Part shown: positions 1 to 9,926 of the stretch, piece after piece
Layout: the number at the start of each line of letters is the position of its first letter
Numbering within the stretch: position 1 is the first letter of the stretch
Origin: Candidatus Micrarchaeota archaeon
GTDB lineage: Archaea; Micrarchaeota; Micrarchaeia; Norongarragalinales; SBBD01
DNA length: 64,000 nucleotides
Assembly: GCA_041305345.1 (NCBI GenBank)
Contig: JBFYLP010000002.1
Span: 5,367-69,366, forward strand
Reading direction: 5' to 3'
Translations under genes and position numbers: made by a program
The notes under the pieces: model-generated
The model's input: only the letters and a program-made list of their open reading frames with translations
What the model was told of the DNA's origin: nothing
Databases searched by the model: none

Positions 1-289
1 CCTTGCCGCCAAACTCGCATATAAGCTTGTCGGGTATGCGTTTGAAAAGGATAAAAAAGGTTTTAAAAAGGAATAAAAATTGCGGGCTGCCCAAAAAAAT
101 CATTGCATAGCCATCAAACCCTGCGAAAAATAATTTCAAAAGGTTATTCCGATGCCCTTAGAAAAAAATTTGTCGCCAAAAAAATGCTTTTTTTTGCGGA
201 ATTTTCGCATCTGAAATTCTTCCGGGAAAAAAATGCCTAAATCTACGAGGGAAATTTTTTTTTATGAAAATTTCCGAAAACCAAACGAT

Positions 290-320
290 ATGTTTAAATA
301 TAAGGTTCTAGTATATTTTG
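290..320 (+). promoter_or_regulatory. Putative archaeal TATA-box region (tttaaatata, tatatttt) upstream of speH
   Basis: AT-rich TATA-like octamers in the non-coding leader upstream of the first gene. Spacing to the start codon is uncertain. Confidence 0.25.
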
Positions 321-376
321 TGTAATTTTTTTGGTTATGATTTTTTTTAGCCAAAAAAGTTTTTAACAAAAAATAG

Positions 377-790
377 GTGATCGGCTGTAAAATGCACGGG
401 CCACATTTGATGTTGGATTGCTACGGATGCGATAAAAAGGCATTGTTGGACATGAATCTCGTGTTCAGGTGCCTCGACGAGCTTCCAGACAAGATCAAAA
501 TGACGAAGATGACTCTGCCATATTGTGTTTATTGGCCGGGTGGCACGCCTAATGATGATGGCGGGATCAGCGGCTTCGTCTTGATCGCGGAATCGCACAT
601 TAGCATTCACACGTTCCCTGACATCGGCTACTTCACCTTCGACTTGTATTCCTGCAAGGAATTCGACAAGCGGAAGGTGATAGCATATCTGAACGAGCTT
701 TTCCAGCCAACGAGGATGGAGGAGCAGTACGCGCATCGGGGGGCGATGAATGTGCAGAAGGTTGCGGTTGCGCACGTCCAAAAAGCCTGA
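377..790 (+). CDS. speH: S-adenosylmethionine decarboxylase proenzyme, pyruvoyl-dependent, archaeal SpeH type
   Basis: Reads HGPHLMLDCYGC...ESHISIHTFPD, which includes the E-S self-cleavage site of pyruvoyl AdoMetDC. About 130 aa. An in-frame ATG at 392 (MHGPHL) is the likelier start. A pyruvoyl arginine decarboxylase paralog cannot be excluded. Confidence 0.8.
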   Translation: MIGCKMHGPHLMLDCYGCDKKALLDMNLVFRCLDELPDKIKMTKMTLPYCVYWPGGTPNDDGGISGFVLIAESHISIHTFPDIGYFTFDLYSCKEFDKRKVIAYLNELFQPTRMEEQYAHRGAMNVQKVAVAHVQKA

Positions 791-814
791 TTTTCTTTTT
801 TCCTTCTTTTTTTA
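791..814 (+). terminator. oligo-T tract after speH (archaeal terminator-like)
   Basis: ttttcttttttccttctttttttat lies immediately 3' of the stop codon. Confidence 0.3.
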
Positions 815-933
815 TCCGACCCAGCGGAGCTTTGGTTTTGCCCCTCATAGCGCGGTTTTTGCCTTGCCGTTTTGTCCATCTGCAAGGGCCACCTAAGGGA
901 AGGTTTTTTATATCCGAATAAAAAAGATATACG

Positions 934-1353
934 TTGAACGACAAGGGGGGGATGCTGGTGGGCAGGAAACGGATTGTTGCAAAGCCAAGGAAGGCTCCAA
1001 GGCACGTTAGCATTGGCGCGAAGCGAGCGATGCACGATGCGGAGATCGACCGCCTCAAGCAAGCCGTGCTGAAAAGGCACCACGAATGGCTTAGGCCCCC
1101 CGGGAAAACGCACTATTTCCTATATTTCATAACCATTCTTATGATTTTTTCCGGCATTTTCCTAATTTCCAGCAGGGCAATGGCCCTATCCCCCATTGCA
1201 ATTGCCATTACGTTTGTAATAACCGTCCTCCTGGCTGCATCGTTCATAATGCTTCTCCAATACAGGATGGGTGACCGCTCCCAGAAATCGCTTGAGGAGC
1301 GCATCGAGAACGAGATATTGGAATTCAAAATCGAGGGGCTTTCCAAGAGATGA
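934..1353 (+). CDS. hypothetical membrane protein (2 predicted TM helices)
   Basis: Basic N-terminus followed by two hydrophobic stretches (FLYFITILMIFSGIFLI, IAIAITFVITVLLAASFIML). Its stop overlaps the next start in an ATGA. Confidence 0.4.
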   Translation: MNDKGGMLVGRKRIVAKPRKAPRHVSIGAKRAMHDAEIDRLKQAVLKRHHEWLRPPGKTHYFLYFITILMIFSGIFLISSRAMALSPIAIAITFVITVLLAASFIMLLQYRMGDRSQKSLEERIENEILEFKIEGLSKR

Positions 1354-2927
1354 AGCATAACCTACTAGCCATAGGGTTGGCATTGCTGTACATCGCGCAT
1401 TTTTCTGCTGCAGCAACCCCTTCGATTCTAGGCACGCCAAATACCGTGGAAGTAACCTCCTCAACAGCCATCGTTTTTTGGCAAACCGACCTCTCCTCCT
1501 TCATCAATTTCGTCACCTACGGCCAATCCGAATCACTTGGCGCCAACTCTACTGTCAATGCCACCGATTCGACCGATCACTTCATCGATCTATCCCAACT
1601 CACCCCATCCCAGCAATATTACTTCACTGTAACCTCGTGCATTGGGGAGAATTGCACAAGCGCCGGCACCTTTTCCTTCACCACCCTTGAGGGTTCGCAA
1701 GATCTTCCTGCACCCCAAATCCAAAACGAATCGGTCAATGCAAATGCCGCCCACGACTCGGCTCAAATCAGCTGGACCACGGATATACCATCGAATTCTT
1801 TCGTTTATTATGGAATTTCTGCGGGCATGGGGAATTTTGGCTCTCTGGATGATAATGTCACTTCCCATATCGTTAGCATTTCCGGCCTCGTGCCCTCCAC
1901 CACTTACTATTACTTAGTGCAAAGCTGCAATTCTGGCAACTGCACAAACTCCTCCCAAAAGTCGTTTTCCACCCTGCCAAATCCAACAGCCACCCCGACC
2001 TTCACTCCCACCCCGACACCTACTACGCAATCAGGTGGCGTGCTTCCTCCTCCATCCATCTGCGTAGACAGCGACGGGGGGAAGGATTATTTTCAAAAGG
2101 GCAGGCTGATTTCGGGAAATGAGAACGGCGATGACACATGTGAGACAGGCGACATTCTTCGGGAATATGTATGCAATGACGAGGGGACTCTTGGCGGGAT
2201 GGTTAGGTACAAGTGCCCGCTTGGCTGCATCGATGGGACCTGCATCCAGGCCGGCGACCCGGAATCGCCCTCGCCCAGCCCGACACTAACCGGCTTCCTT
2301 AGCCGCAACAAAGAAAGCATCCTGGATGGGGGAACGAAAATCAGCGCGGTTTTTTATTCTGGAAAATCCATTTTTTCCATATCCCAATCGTTGGATTTTG
2401 AGTTTGTCGGCTTGCTGAAGCTCGACCTTCCATTTTCATTTGATGATTATTATTCCGGCAGGGTATCCCTCACGCCAAAACCCTCGATTTCCGGGGCGAA
2501 GCCGGATGGCAGCCTAACCGCCAGCTGGGAGATGAGCGGCCTTGAAGGCGGGTCATTCACAATCGAAATATCGGCCGATGCCGCATATGGGGAATCAACA
2601 TTGCAAGGATTCGTTCCCGCCATTCTTTTAAGGGAGGACGATGAATCCTTCGTGGAAGCTGATGTGGCGGCCCTTGTTCCGGCGGAAGCGCCGTCAGCTA
2701 AAGGGCATAAAGGAACTCCCAACCCCGCCACGGGTCTTGCTGCAGTAGGGCCTTCCGAGGCAGCTGAGGATAGGGGCTGGCCCATTGCAGCTGCACAGAT
2801 AATTTTGCTGATCTCGGGCATCCTGGCTATCAATTATTTCGAGAGGGATTTCCGCCCGTTGAATGCGGAGCAGACTTCAAGCGTGCTTGAGGGCTTGGAG
2901 GAGGAGGCATTGCGCAAGCGGCGCTGA
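1350..2927 (+). CDS. secreted, C-terminally anchored surface protein with two FN3/purple-acid-phosphatase-N-like domains, a PT-rich linker and a Cys-rich module
   Basis: N-terminal signal peptide MKHNLLAIGLALLYIAHFSAAA. Two repeats of the pattern TxxxAxISWxTDxxSxSxVxYGxS...YYYxVxSC. A TPTFTPTPTPTT linker is followed by a Cys-rich segment. C-terminal hydrophobic helix IAAAQIILLISGILAINYF is followed by a charged tail. Confidence 0.6.
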   Translation: MKHNLLAIGLALLYIAHFSAAATPSILGTPNTVEVTSSTAIVFWQTDLSSFINFVTYGQSESLGANSTVNATDSTDHFIDLSQLTPSQQYYFTVTSCIGENCTSAGTFSFTTLEGSQDLPAPQIQNESVNANAAHDSAQISWTTDIPSNSFVYYGISAGMGNFGSLDDNVTSHIVSISGLVPSTTYYYLVQSCNSGNCTNSSQKSFSTLPNPTATPTFTPTPTPTTQSGGVLPPPSICVDSDGGKDYFQKGRLISGNENGDDTCETGDILREYVCNDEGTLGGMVRYKCPLGCIDGTCIQAGDPESPSPSPTLTGFLSRNKESILDGGTKISAVFYSGKSIFSISQSLDFEFVGLLKLDLPFSFDDYYSGRVSLTPKPSISGAKPDGSLTASWEMSGLEGGSFTIEISADAAYGESTLQGFVPAILLREDDESFVEADVAALVPAEAPSAKGHKGTPNPATGLAAVGPSEAAEDRGWPIAAAQIILLISGILAINYFERDFRPLNAEQTSSVLEGLEEEALRKRR

Positions 2928-3024
2928 CAAAAAGCAGGCAATGATGAAACGTAGTCGTATTTGCTTGAGAAAAAATTTTTGATGATTCATGCAATAGTTT
3001 TTTTTCACATGCTGGGGGTACCCT

Positions 3025-3636
3025 ATGGTGGAACTCAAGGCTTCTGATGGGATGAGGATTTCCGGGACCTTTTATAAAAGTGCGTCTGAAACGCGGGATG
3101 CGATAATTCTTCTCCATATGCTTGGCCGCAACAGGAACGACTGGAACGATTTTGCACATAAGTTGCAGCAGAAATATTGCGCGATATCAATAGATTTCCG
3201 GGGACACGGAGAAAGCGCAGGGGAACTGGAATCGTTTTCCCCAACCGATTTTGGGAAATTCATCCTTGATGTGAAGGCAGCTGCGGATTTCCTGGATCGG
3301 CAGGGGAAAAAGGCATATGCGGCAATTGGCGGGAGCATCGGCGCGAACCTTGCGCTCCTTTACGCTTCCGAATACGATCTGGAACGCGTTGTTGCGCTCT
3401 CGCCGGGCCTTGATTACCGCGGAGTTCGGACCGAGGAAGCCGCAAGGAAATTTCTTGGCAAGGTGCTTTTTGTTGCCAGTGAGGACGATTCATATTCGGC
3501 GGCATCGGCAAGGAGGCTCTACGAGGCCACCCTCGCAAAAAAACAGCTCAAGATATACCAGAATGCCGGCCACGGTACCTCGATGTTTGCCTCAACCGAT
3601 CTTGATGAGCTCATACTGAACTGGCTGAAAGGCTAA
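3025..3636 (+). CDS. alpha/beta-fold hydrolase (dienelactone-hydrolase-like)
   Basis: GGSIGANLAL nucleophile elbow (GxSxG) with an HG oxyanion motif upstream and a GHG near the C-terminus. About 200 aa. Confidence 0.7.
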   Translation: MVELKASDGMRISGTFYKSASETRDAIILLHMLGRNRNDWNDFAHKLQQKYCAISIDFRGHGESAGELESFSPTDFGKFILDVKAAADFLDRQGKKAYAAIGGSIGANLALLYASEYDLERVVALSPGLDYRGVRTEEAARKFLGKVLFVASEDDSYSAASARRLYEATLAKKQLKIYQNAGHGTSMFASTDLDELILNWLKG

Positions 3637-3688
3637 TGCGCCTTATGCATCATGAACATCCTGTTAAAGCGGGGGTGCTTGGCCGTAA

Positions 3689-4594
3689 ATGACGTTAAAC
3701 ATCGATTTCAAGCGGAGGTACGCACTATTCGTCATTGCGGCAGCACTGCTATTTTTCCTAGTCATCCATTTCAGCAACCCTCCCTTAAAATTCCTTGTGG
3801 ATGCTTCCGGCCGTATCCATTACCCGCAGGACCGGGGAGAATTGATATTCAAAGAGGAAGCGGGGATGGAAACCGAATATTATCGCACAATCAATGTCAC
3901 TTTCAACTCAAATGGCACCGAAATTTATGCAAAAATCTGGCTTCCAAAAGGCAAGGAAAAACACGCCGCCTTGCTTTTCCTTCCGGGTGCGGGGGGAACC
4001 AAGGACGCGGGGAAGGATTATGCGGAAATTTTTAGGGAACGGAACATTGCCATTTTTGCATTGGACCAGCGGGGATTTGGGCAAACGAAATCATCGGCAA
4101 TGACATTCCAGCAGGAATTCGATGCCTTCAGTTCCGGAAGGGAATACCCTTCCGTGCTGATGGCTTATGATGCGCTTAGGGCTTTTGACTATCTTAGGCA
4201 GAGGGGCGATATCGATTCCTCTAATATAATCGTTCTGGGCGAGAGCTTAGGTGGCAGGAATGCGATAATCGCTGGCGCAATAGACCCACGTTTTAAGGCT
4301 GTAATTGGCATCTCTACAGGCGGCTGGGGTGTAACGGATGCGGCGGATCAGAATGTGACCAGGTTCCTGCGCTCCTTCGATCCTGACAATTACATTTCCC
4401 AAATATCGCCAAGGAAAACCGTCATATTCCATTCTGAGGCGGATTCAACGCAGCCATTTGAAATCGGCCTGCGCACATACAATTTCGCCAAGGAGCCAAA
4501 AGCCTTCTATCGCGAAAAATGCGCGACCCACGGCCTATGCGGCGAGATGGCCCCAAAAATCCAAGATGAAGTCTTGGCTCTTGTGGGGCAGTAA
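3689..4594 (+). CDS. membrane-anchored alpha/beta hydrolase (esterase/peptidase-like)
   Basis: N-terminal TM helix (LFVIAAALLFFLVIHF). GESLGGRNAI matches GxSxG. LFLPGAGG lies upstream. Confidence 0.7.
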   Translation: MTLNIDFKRRYALFVIAAALLFFLVIHFSNPPLKFLVDASGRIHYPQDRGELIFKEEAGMETEYYRTINVTFNSNGTEIYAKIWLPKGKEKHAALLFLPGAGGTKDAGKDYAEIFRERNIAIFALDQRGFGQTKSSAMTFQQEFDAFSSGREYPSVLMAYDALRAFDYLRQRGDIDSSNIIVLGESLGGRNAIIAGAIDPRFKAVIGISTGGWGVTDAADQNVTRFLRSFDPDNYISQISPRKTVIFHSEADSTQPFEIGLRTYNFAKEPKAFYREKCATHGLCGEMAPKIQDEVLALVGQ

Positions 4595-4662
4595 GCAGCC
4601 TTGCGTTTTTTATTCGTTGCCATCCGCTGGTTTAAAAAAAGCAGGCACACTATTACCAATTT

Positions 4663-5124
4663 ATGGATTTCTTTTCCCACCTAGCCTGGACTTACCTTCT
4701 ACTTTTCAGGGGGAGGCCCGACCTTTTACAGGCGCTGTTCTTTGGCGTATTCCCCGATGTGATATTCGTAGGCGCTGCCATAGTGTTCTCAATCAATTTA
4801 TTTGCGCGCACACGCCAGATCTCTAGGCAAAAACTCTTCCCTCTTGTGAAGAAGGCATACCAAATAGGGCATTCGCTAATCACGGTTGCGGTATTTGTAG
4901 TCATTGCTTCCTTTCTGAACGGTGCATTCTATTTTCCGGTCTTGGCGTGGGTTCTCCACATTCTGCTAGACCTGTATACCCACCGGGGTTCGCCAGCCGA
5001 GCCCCAGATGCCCCTTTATCCTCTCACAAAGCCCTCCATCAAGGGATTCATTTGGTGGAGAAACCCATATTTTATGGCTGCCAACTGGGCGTTGATCGCA
5101 ATAGTGTATTTTTTCACAAAATAA
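4663..5124 (+). CDS. hypothetical integral membrane protein (4 TM)
   Basis: Four hydrophobic segments. No motifs recognised. Confidence 0.4.
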   Translation: MDFFSHLAWTYLLLFRGRPDLLQALFFGVFPDVIFVGAAIVFSINLFARTRQISRQKLFPLVKKAYQIGHSLITVAVFVVIASFLNGAFYFPVLAWVLHILLDLYTHRGSPAEPQMPLYPLTKPSIKGFIWWRNPYFMAANWALIAIVYFFTK

Positions 5125-5226
5125 TCGACAAGGCACACCCCCTTTCCCTTGTCCCCTTTTCCCGCCCCAACCTCCAAAAACACATTTAAAATCGTTTCTT
5201 CCCTAATCATTGCGCTGATTCTCTAG

Positions 5227-5967
5227 ATGGAATTCGATGCTGAAACAATTGAGATCAAGGACTACCGGGATGAAGACGGGCTGACCCTTCGGGTGATGAA
5301 GCTTAGGCTGCCGCCTGCGGTTGACTTCCAATTCAAGGCGGGGCAGTTCGTGATGCTCGCAATGGAGGGCTTTATGCTAAAAAGCAACCCGGAACAATTG
5401 AAGTGGACTTCCTATAGCATTGCGTCCTCTCCTGGCCAGAAGGGAATAATCGAGCTTTGCATAAAATTGAAGGAAACGGGAGGCTTCACCCAATATTTGA
5501 AGGAGCATCAGCAATTAGGGACAAAACTGAAGGTCAAGGGCCCTTTCGGTAACCTTAGCTGCGATCCTGCCCAGAAAAAAATCCTTTTGATAGCTACTGG
5601 AGCTGGGATTTCGCCCATAATGAGCATGCTTCGGTGGCTCTTAAAGGAAAAAACCGTTAATGAAATTACGATGGTCTACGGCTTTCGCAATTCGAACCTT
5701 TTTGTTTACCGGGAGGAACTTGAGCAATATGCGAAGATGCAGCAAGGATTCGTGCTCGTACCTACGCAGAGCAGGCCGGATTCAAAATGGCAGGGAAGGA
5801 AGGGGTATGTGCAGGACGCCGTGAAGTCGCTTCGGATCGAAAAACCCGCTGAAACTTGCGCATTCATCTGCGGGAATCCGCTTATGGTATCAGAAAACAG
5901 GAAACTCCTACTTGAACTTGGCTTCCCAGCAAGCCAGATACACTCCGAGCAATGGGAGGGTGCCTGA
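5227..5967 (+). CDS. FAD/NAD(P)-binding oxidoreductase of the ferredoxin-NADP reductase (FNR) family
   Basis: YSIASSP resembles the RxYS FAD motif. GPFG and LIATGAGISPIMSML resemble the NAD(P) Rossmann motif. No Fe-S Cys cluster is present. Confidence 0.7.
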   Translation: MEFDAETIEIKDYRDEDGLTLRVMKLRLPPAVDFQFKAGQFVMLAMEGFMLKSNPEQLKWTSYSIASSPGQKGIIELCIKLKETGGFTQYLKEHQQLGTKLKVKGPFGNLSCDPAQKKILLIATGAGISPIMSMLRWLLKEKTVNEITMVYGFRNSNLFVYREELEQYAKMQQGFVLVPTQSRPDSKWQGRKGYVQDAVKSLRIEKPAETCAFICGNPLMVSENRKLLLELGFPASQIHSEQWEGA

Positions 5968-6242
5968 TTCGTACCTATTGCCGTAGCTAATTCGATTCAT
6001 TATTCACTCCGGCCTTTCCCCAGCTAAATTAGTATTTCTTCCTCCTGCTGGTTTTGCTTCCCTTAGTGTACTTGAGTTTTTTTAGCCGATGCGCAAGCCC
6101 AATCCTCCTTCGCCTTTCCTTGCTTTTCATGATCAACATCACCGCTTGATCGTTTTATTTGCGCTCCCAAGCTTAATAATGCTAAGGTAGGCGCCTCACC
6201 TTCCCGAATCCTTAATTAAATGGGGCGAGGGATAATTTCTAG

Positions 6243-7196
6243 GTGATTTGCATGGATGGGCGCTTCCTAATTGGATTGTTTTTACTATCCCTAATTCTCT
6301 TCTCCGGCTGCGTGGCCAGGTCAAGTCCGAGCCCTTTGCCAACATTCCAAGTCACCGTTGTTCCTACTGCTACCCCTTCGGTTACCATCCAACCAACGAT
6401 CGGTCCAATCATATCCCCATCACCTACTGTCAACCCGATTTTCATTCCAGCCAATTCGACATTTGAATGCGGCCCGCTTGAAAATGAAAGCGCATACGTC
6501 CAAATTCGTGGGCCGGCTGTTTTTTCCATCGGCGCAAAATTCCAAAGCACGTGCGCGGATTATGATGCGTATTGGAGCAGGGAAGGCCCTTACGTTTTGG
6601 CATTGGATTTCAAAACGAGGCCAGCAGCATCGCCAAAACCCTGCATCAAGTGCATAGGAATGGATGCCGTAAGCGCAACGCTGGACCTTACAATGCTGTC
6701 TTCCATTGTGAATTTGGAGAAACTGGTGGTAAGGAAGGATGGGAAGATGATCTTTGAGAAATATTTCGAGGGAACGTTCTGCGGCGGGATCGCGGCGTTC
6801 CCCTGTCCCACCGGCTATGAATGCATCCTTGACGGATCATTCCCTGATGCCGGGGGAAAGTGTACCTTAAGGCATACTGAATACGGCACCCTCCAGGGAA
6901 AGGTTACCATTGGCCCATTCTGCCCGGTCGAACGGCAAGATGAGCCCTGCCGCGTTCCTCCGGAAGCATATGCGAGCAGGAAGCTGACGGCAACAGGGCC
7001 AAACGGCCAGGAAAAACTAATGTTGATTGATATAGGTCCGGATGGCGCCTATTCTGTTTGGGTGGCGCCTGGCGTTTATATAATTGACTTGCAGCGCAGC
7101 GGCATGGATTCGAGCGCGGAATTGCCCAAAACAGTCAAGATCGAGGCCGGGAAGGCGGCTACACTCGACATATCGATTGATACGGGAATCAGATAA
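6243..7196 (+). CDS. secreted protein or lipoprotein with a Pro/Thr-rich N-terminal region and a Cys-rich C-terminal domain
   Basis: Signal peptide with lipobox-like FSGC. A PSPLPTFQVTVVPTATPS low-complexity stretch follows. There are 10 Cys in the C-terminal half. Confidence 0.5.
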   Translation: MICMDGRFLIGLFLLSLILFSGCVARSSPSPLPTFQVTVVPTATPSVTIQPTIGPIISPSPTVNPIFIPANSTFECGPLENESAYVQIRGPAVFSIGAKFQSTCADYDAYWSREGPYVLALDFKTRPAASPKPCIKCIGMDAVSATLDLTMLSSIVNLEKLVVRKDGKMIFEKYFEGTFCGGIAAFPCPTGYECILDGSFPDAGGKCTLRHTEYGTLQGKVTIGPFCPVERQDEPCRVPPEAYASRKLTATGPNGQEKLMLIDIGPDGAYSVWVAPGVYIIDLQRSGMDSSAELPKTVKIEAGKAATLDISIDTGIR

Positions 7197-7751
7197 TCAT
7201 TTGGGGCCCTTTTGCTGTCTCATCAACCCTTCCATAAGCAGGATTGCAGCCATGTGCGGCATCACCCTGATTTTTCCGCTTTTCACGGCCATAACCAGCT
7301 TCCCAAACGTCATCAGCCGAACCTCGATCTCCTCAGTCTCATCCAGGTGCTGCGTTTTCGTCAGCACCGCATCCTTTGCGAAAAAGAGGTAAATCCTGTT
7401 GGTCATATCCGAGGGCGAGGAAATGTATTTCCCAATGAGCCTAACTTTACTTGCGGTATAGCCGGTTTCCTCAGCCAGCTCCCTCATTGCCGCCTTTTTG
7501 GGTTCCTCCCCCCGCTCGATGAAGCCAATTGGCAATTGCAAAAGGAATTCGCCCGCGCCGTGCTTGTATTCGTTCACCAATATGACTTTCCCATTCTTGG
7601 TAAGCGCAAAAACCAGCGCTACGTCCTTCTTCTCGATTAGGTAGTAATTTTCCGCGATTTTGCCATTGAACATCCTGCAGCGCTGCTCGAGCACGTTCAT
7701 GTATTTGCTCTTGAAAATGCGCCGGCTCCCTAGCACTTTCCATTTCCTCAT
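7197..7751 (-). CDS. NUDIX hydrolase (ADP-ribose pyrophosphatase-like)
   Basis: Nudix box GFIERGEEPKKAAMRELAEETGY, matching Gx5Ex7REUxEExGU. Confidence 0.75.
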   Translation of the reverse strand: MRKWKVLGSRRIFKSKYMNVLEQRCRMFNGKIAENYYLIEKKDVALVFALTKNGKVILVNEYKHGAGEFLLQLPIGFIERGEEPKKAAMRELAEETGYTASKVRLIGKYISSPSDMTNRIYLFFAKDAVLTKTQHLDETEEIEVRLMTFGKLVMAVKSGKIRVMPHMAAILLMEGLMRQQKGPK

Positions 7752-7796
7752 ATGAAAACCACTGCCGATCTTAATTCTCGCGCCCTCTGCTAACGC

Positions 7797-8348
7797 TTAC
7801 CCTTCCCTTCCGGCCGAATAGATCTGCCACCTGACCTTGATTAGCGTTGCAATGAAGAGGGGGCCGAAAATCCCTCCCAGCACGAAATCATTCCTGGTGG
7901 CAATCCAAGCAAAGAAGAGGATAGCGGCAAATTTGATGTAGTTGTGCGAAGCTGTGCTGAAATAGTAGTCTATGGTGTAAAGGATCTTCCCCTTTGCCTT
8001 CCCAGGCATCAGTTCCATTTCGCGCATATGAGTAAGGTGCTCGAAATTGATCGCCAGGTATAGGAAAAGCGCGAATCCGGAGAAGAAATCGTACCACGAG
8101 GAGTATTTGTCCCAGGAGTATAGAGCGCTTAGGAGCAGCACAAGAAATGCGACAAAGGTGAAGTGCTTCCAGTCCTTGAATCCGTGCTCCGCATCCCTTT
8201 TCCAGTTCGGATTCGCCTCATAGCTCTCAAGCACCACGTATTTCCTCCCGAACCGCTTGTAGTTATTGTATGCCCAGACGGTAAGGTATGCATCCAGGAA
8301 CTTCAGGGCGATCAGCAGAGGAATTAGGTAAACCAGTTCAATGAACAC
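7797..8348 (-). CDS. hypothetical membrane protein
   Basis: Four or five hydrophobic segments, Trp/Tyr-rich. Confidence 0.4.
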   Translation of the reverse strand: MFIELVYLIPLLIALKFLDAYLTVWAYNNYKRFGRKYVVLESYEANPNWKRDAEHGFKDWKHFTFVAFLVLLLSALYSWDKYSSWYDFFSGFALFLYLAINFEHLTHMREMELMPGKAKGKILYTIDYYFSTASHNYIKFAAILFFAWIATRNDFVLGGIFGPLFIATLIKVRWQIYSAGREG

Positions 8349-8363
8349 ATTCCCACCCGCTTT

Positions 8364-8693
8364 TCATCTGCGTTTTTTCCTTTCCCGAAGCCTCATCGAC
8401 AGCACCTGCGCGCGCTGCGAGAGGTGGTGCCTGTATTTCCTATGGGCGCTGGCGGCATAATAGAATGCCAGGAAGCCAATTACGATTATTGCGGCAAGCG
8501 GTTTCCAGAGCGTCGAATAATATTCCTTCAAGTCAATCTTCGGCGTGCCGCCAAACAGGTTGTATACCCAGACGGCTGAAATGTAGCCGAAAACCAAAAT
8601 TACCGTCTTGATCGAAGCATCAAGGAGCTTGTTTTCATACCACGTCCCAAAGATCTTCTCCATAATTGACAACCACCTTCCACTATAATCCAA
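8364..8693 (-). CDS. small hypothetical membrane protein
   Basis: Two TM segments and a basic C-terminus. Confidence 0.35.
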   Translation of the reverse strand: MDYSGRWLSIMEKIFGTWYENKLLDASIKTVILVFGYISAVWVYNLFGGTPKIDLKEYYSTLWKPLAAIIVIGFLAFYYAASAHRKYRHHLSQRAQVLSMRLRERKKRR

Positions 8694-8708
8694 TCTTCAC
8701 TTATAAAG

Positions 8709-9434
8709 TTATTCCTCCTGGGAGGTGTCCCTCAGCTGCCTGTATGCGTTATAGATCAGGAGCAGGAATATTGCGATGCCTGCAAATATCATAAGTGTCG
8801 AATAGCTAATGCCTCCAAGAAGCGGCCCGCTTCCTTCGTCAAGTTCGCCGATCTTCTCAAGTTCGAACATGCGCAGGTCGGTTGCGCTCTTATCGAACCT
8901 GTCGATTTCAAGCACGCTGGATGGCGCGTAATCCACGTCAAGGCGCTTTGACGCGGCATAATTGCCAATTGCCCTGGTGCACTTGTTGTCGTTTGCAAAA
9001 TTAACCATCCTTACAAGCGTGGGCTCCTTGGTGAAGGAAATGCCGTATTTTTCCAATCCGATGACCATATCGAATCTCGAATTGATGCTGCCAAGCAATT
9101 CCTCTGCCTCATCCTGGGCTTCGAGGCACGGATCCACCAGAAGTTTGGATGGTGAGACGGCAACGAGGCACGACTTCCACTCCTCGTTTGGAATTTCCGA
9201 ATATGCGGAATAAATCGATGATGCGCGGTACTGGCTGATCTCGGGGCAATTATTGTAAACGGCCTGCTTGGAGCCCAATCCGGCGTAATGCAGCTGTATC
9301 ATCAGCACGGGATTCGTCATCAGGAGCGGGGTCCGCTTAACCTCTATGCCGTATGAGTAGAGGTCGTACATGAACACCATGCAAACGATGAGCAAAAGGA
9401 ATGCGATTTCAAGCCTCATAGTCCTCAAGAACAA
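8709..9434 (-). CDS. hypothetical protein with N- and C-terminal TM helices (bitopic or secreted, C-anchored)
   Basis: Hydrophobic N-terminus (AFLLLIVCMVF) and hydrophobic C-terminus (LMIFAGIAIFLLLIY). The start may be the internal ATG at 9416. Confidence 0.4.
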   Translation of the reverse strand: MFLRTMRLEIAFLLLIVCMVFMYDLYSYGIEVKRTPLLMTNPVLMIQLHYAGLGSKQAVYNNCPEISQYRASSIYSAYSEIPNEEWKSCLVAVSPSKLLVDPCLEAQDEAEELLGSINSRFDMVIGLEKYGISFTKEPTLVRMVNFANDNKCTRAIGNYAASKRLDVDYAPSSVLEIDRFDKSATDLRMFELEKIGELDEGSGPLLGGISYSTLMIFAGIAIFLLLIYNAYRQLRDTSQEE

Positions 9435-9482
9435 TACTCCGACCTAGTATAAATAACATCCGTTTCAATCGTTTTTTATTTC

Positions 9483-9767
9483 CTATTTTCGCTTCCCCTT
9501 CCTGCGGGGGGCGGCAGCCAACTTCCCCTGCATCGCGTGCAAGTGAGCCCCGAGGTCGTTTAGGGTATGCAGGTTCTGCTTGTGCTCCCGTATGTTCTTC
9601 GTCGTGAATTGCGAATTGCCAAGCCACGCCAAGACGGCATCGCCAAAACCATCGCCCATTTGCACTCCGGCCTCGGCACAATGCGCCTTGAACTTCCTAA
9701 ATGCGTCCGAATTCACCTTCCTGATTGTTATATCCATTGGATCCACCCATTTTCCAATAGCTTGCAT
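9483..9767 (-). CDS. small hypothetical protein, possible ribbon-helix-helix-like DNA binder
   Basis: From the internal start at 9737: MDITIRKVNSDAFRKFKAHCAEAGVQMGDGFGDAVLAWL, followed by a basic tail. Confidence 0.3.
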   Translation of the reverse strand: MQAIGKWVDPMDITIRKVNSDAFRKFKAHCAEAGVQMGDGFGDAVLAWLGNSQFTTKNIREHKQNLHTLNDLGAHLHAMQGKLAAAPRRKGKRK

Positions 9768-9926
9768 ACTTATAATACTTTACATTCTTAGATGCTTTGT
9801 ATAACAATGCAAACAAAGCAAACAATTGGAGGAAACACGCGCCAATTCTGATGCACGCTTAATAAATCTGCACCCCCTAAACAATGCCAAGGTTTTTTTG
9901 TTCTCTGCTTTTTGCTTGGTGATTCA

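Noticed and set aside
1-376. AT-rich 376-nt leader with short ORF fragments; checked for tRNA or ncRNA
   Set aside because: No cloverleaf-compatible G...GTTC/TTCGAAT-like segments and no stable long-range pairing seen. Treated as promoter/intergenic.
377-790. Alternative call of the first gene as pyruvoyl-dependent arginine decarboxylase
   Set aside because: Not rejected outright. The two are paralogous and indistinguishable by eye. SpeH is retained as the more common assignment.
5968-6242. 275-nt intergenic region and other gaps (26318-26476, 17989-18178, 52554-52780) scanned for tRNA, SRP or RNase P RNA
   Set aside because: No tRNA-like T-arm or anticodon-arm signatures and no conserved SRP/RNase P motifs recognised by eye. 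Would need Infernal to exclude.
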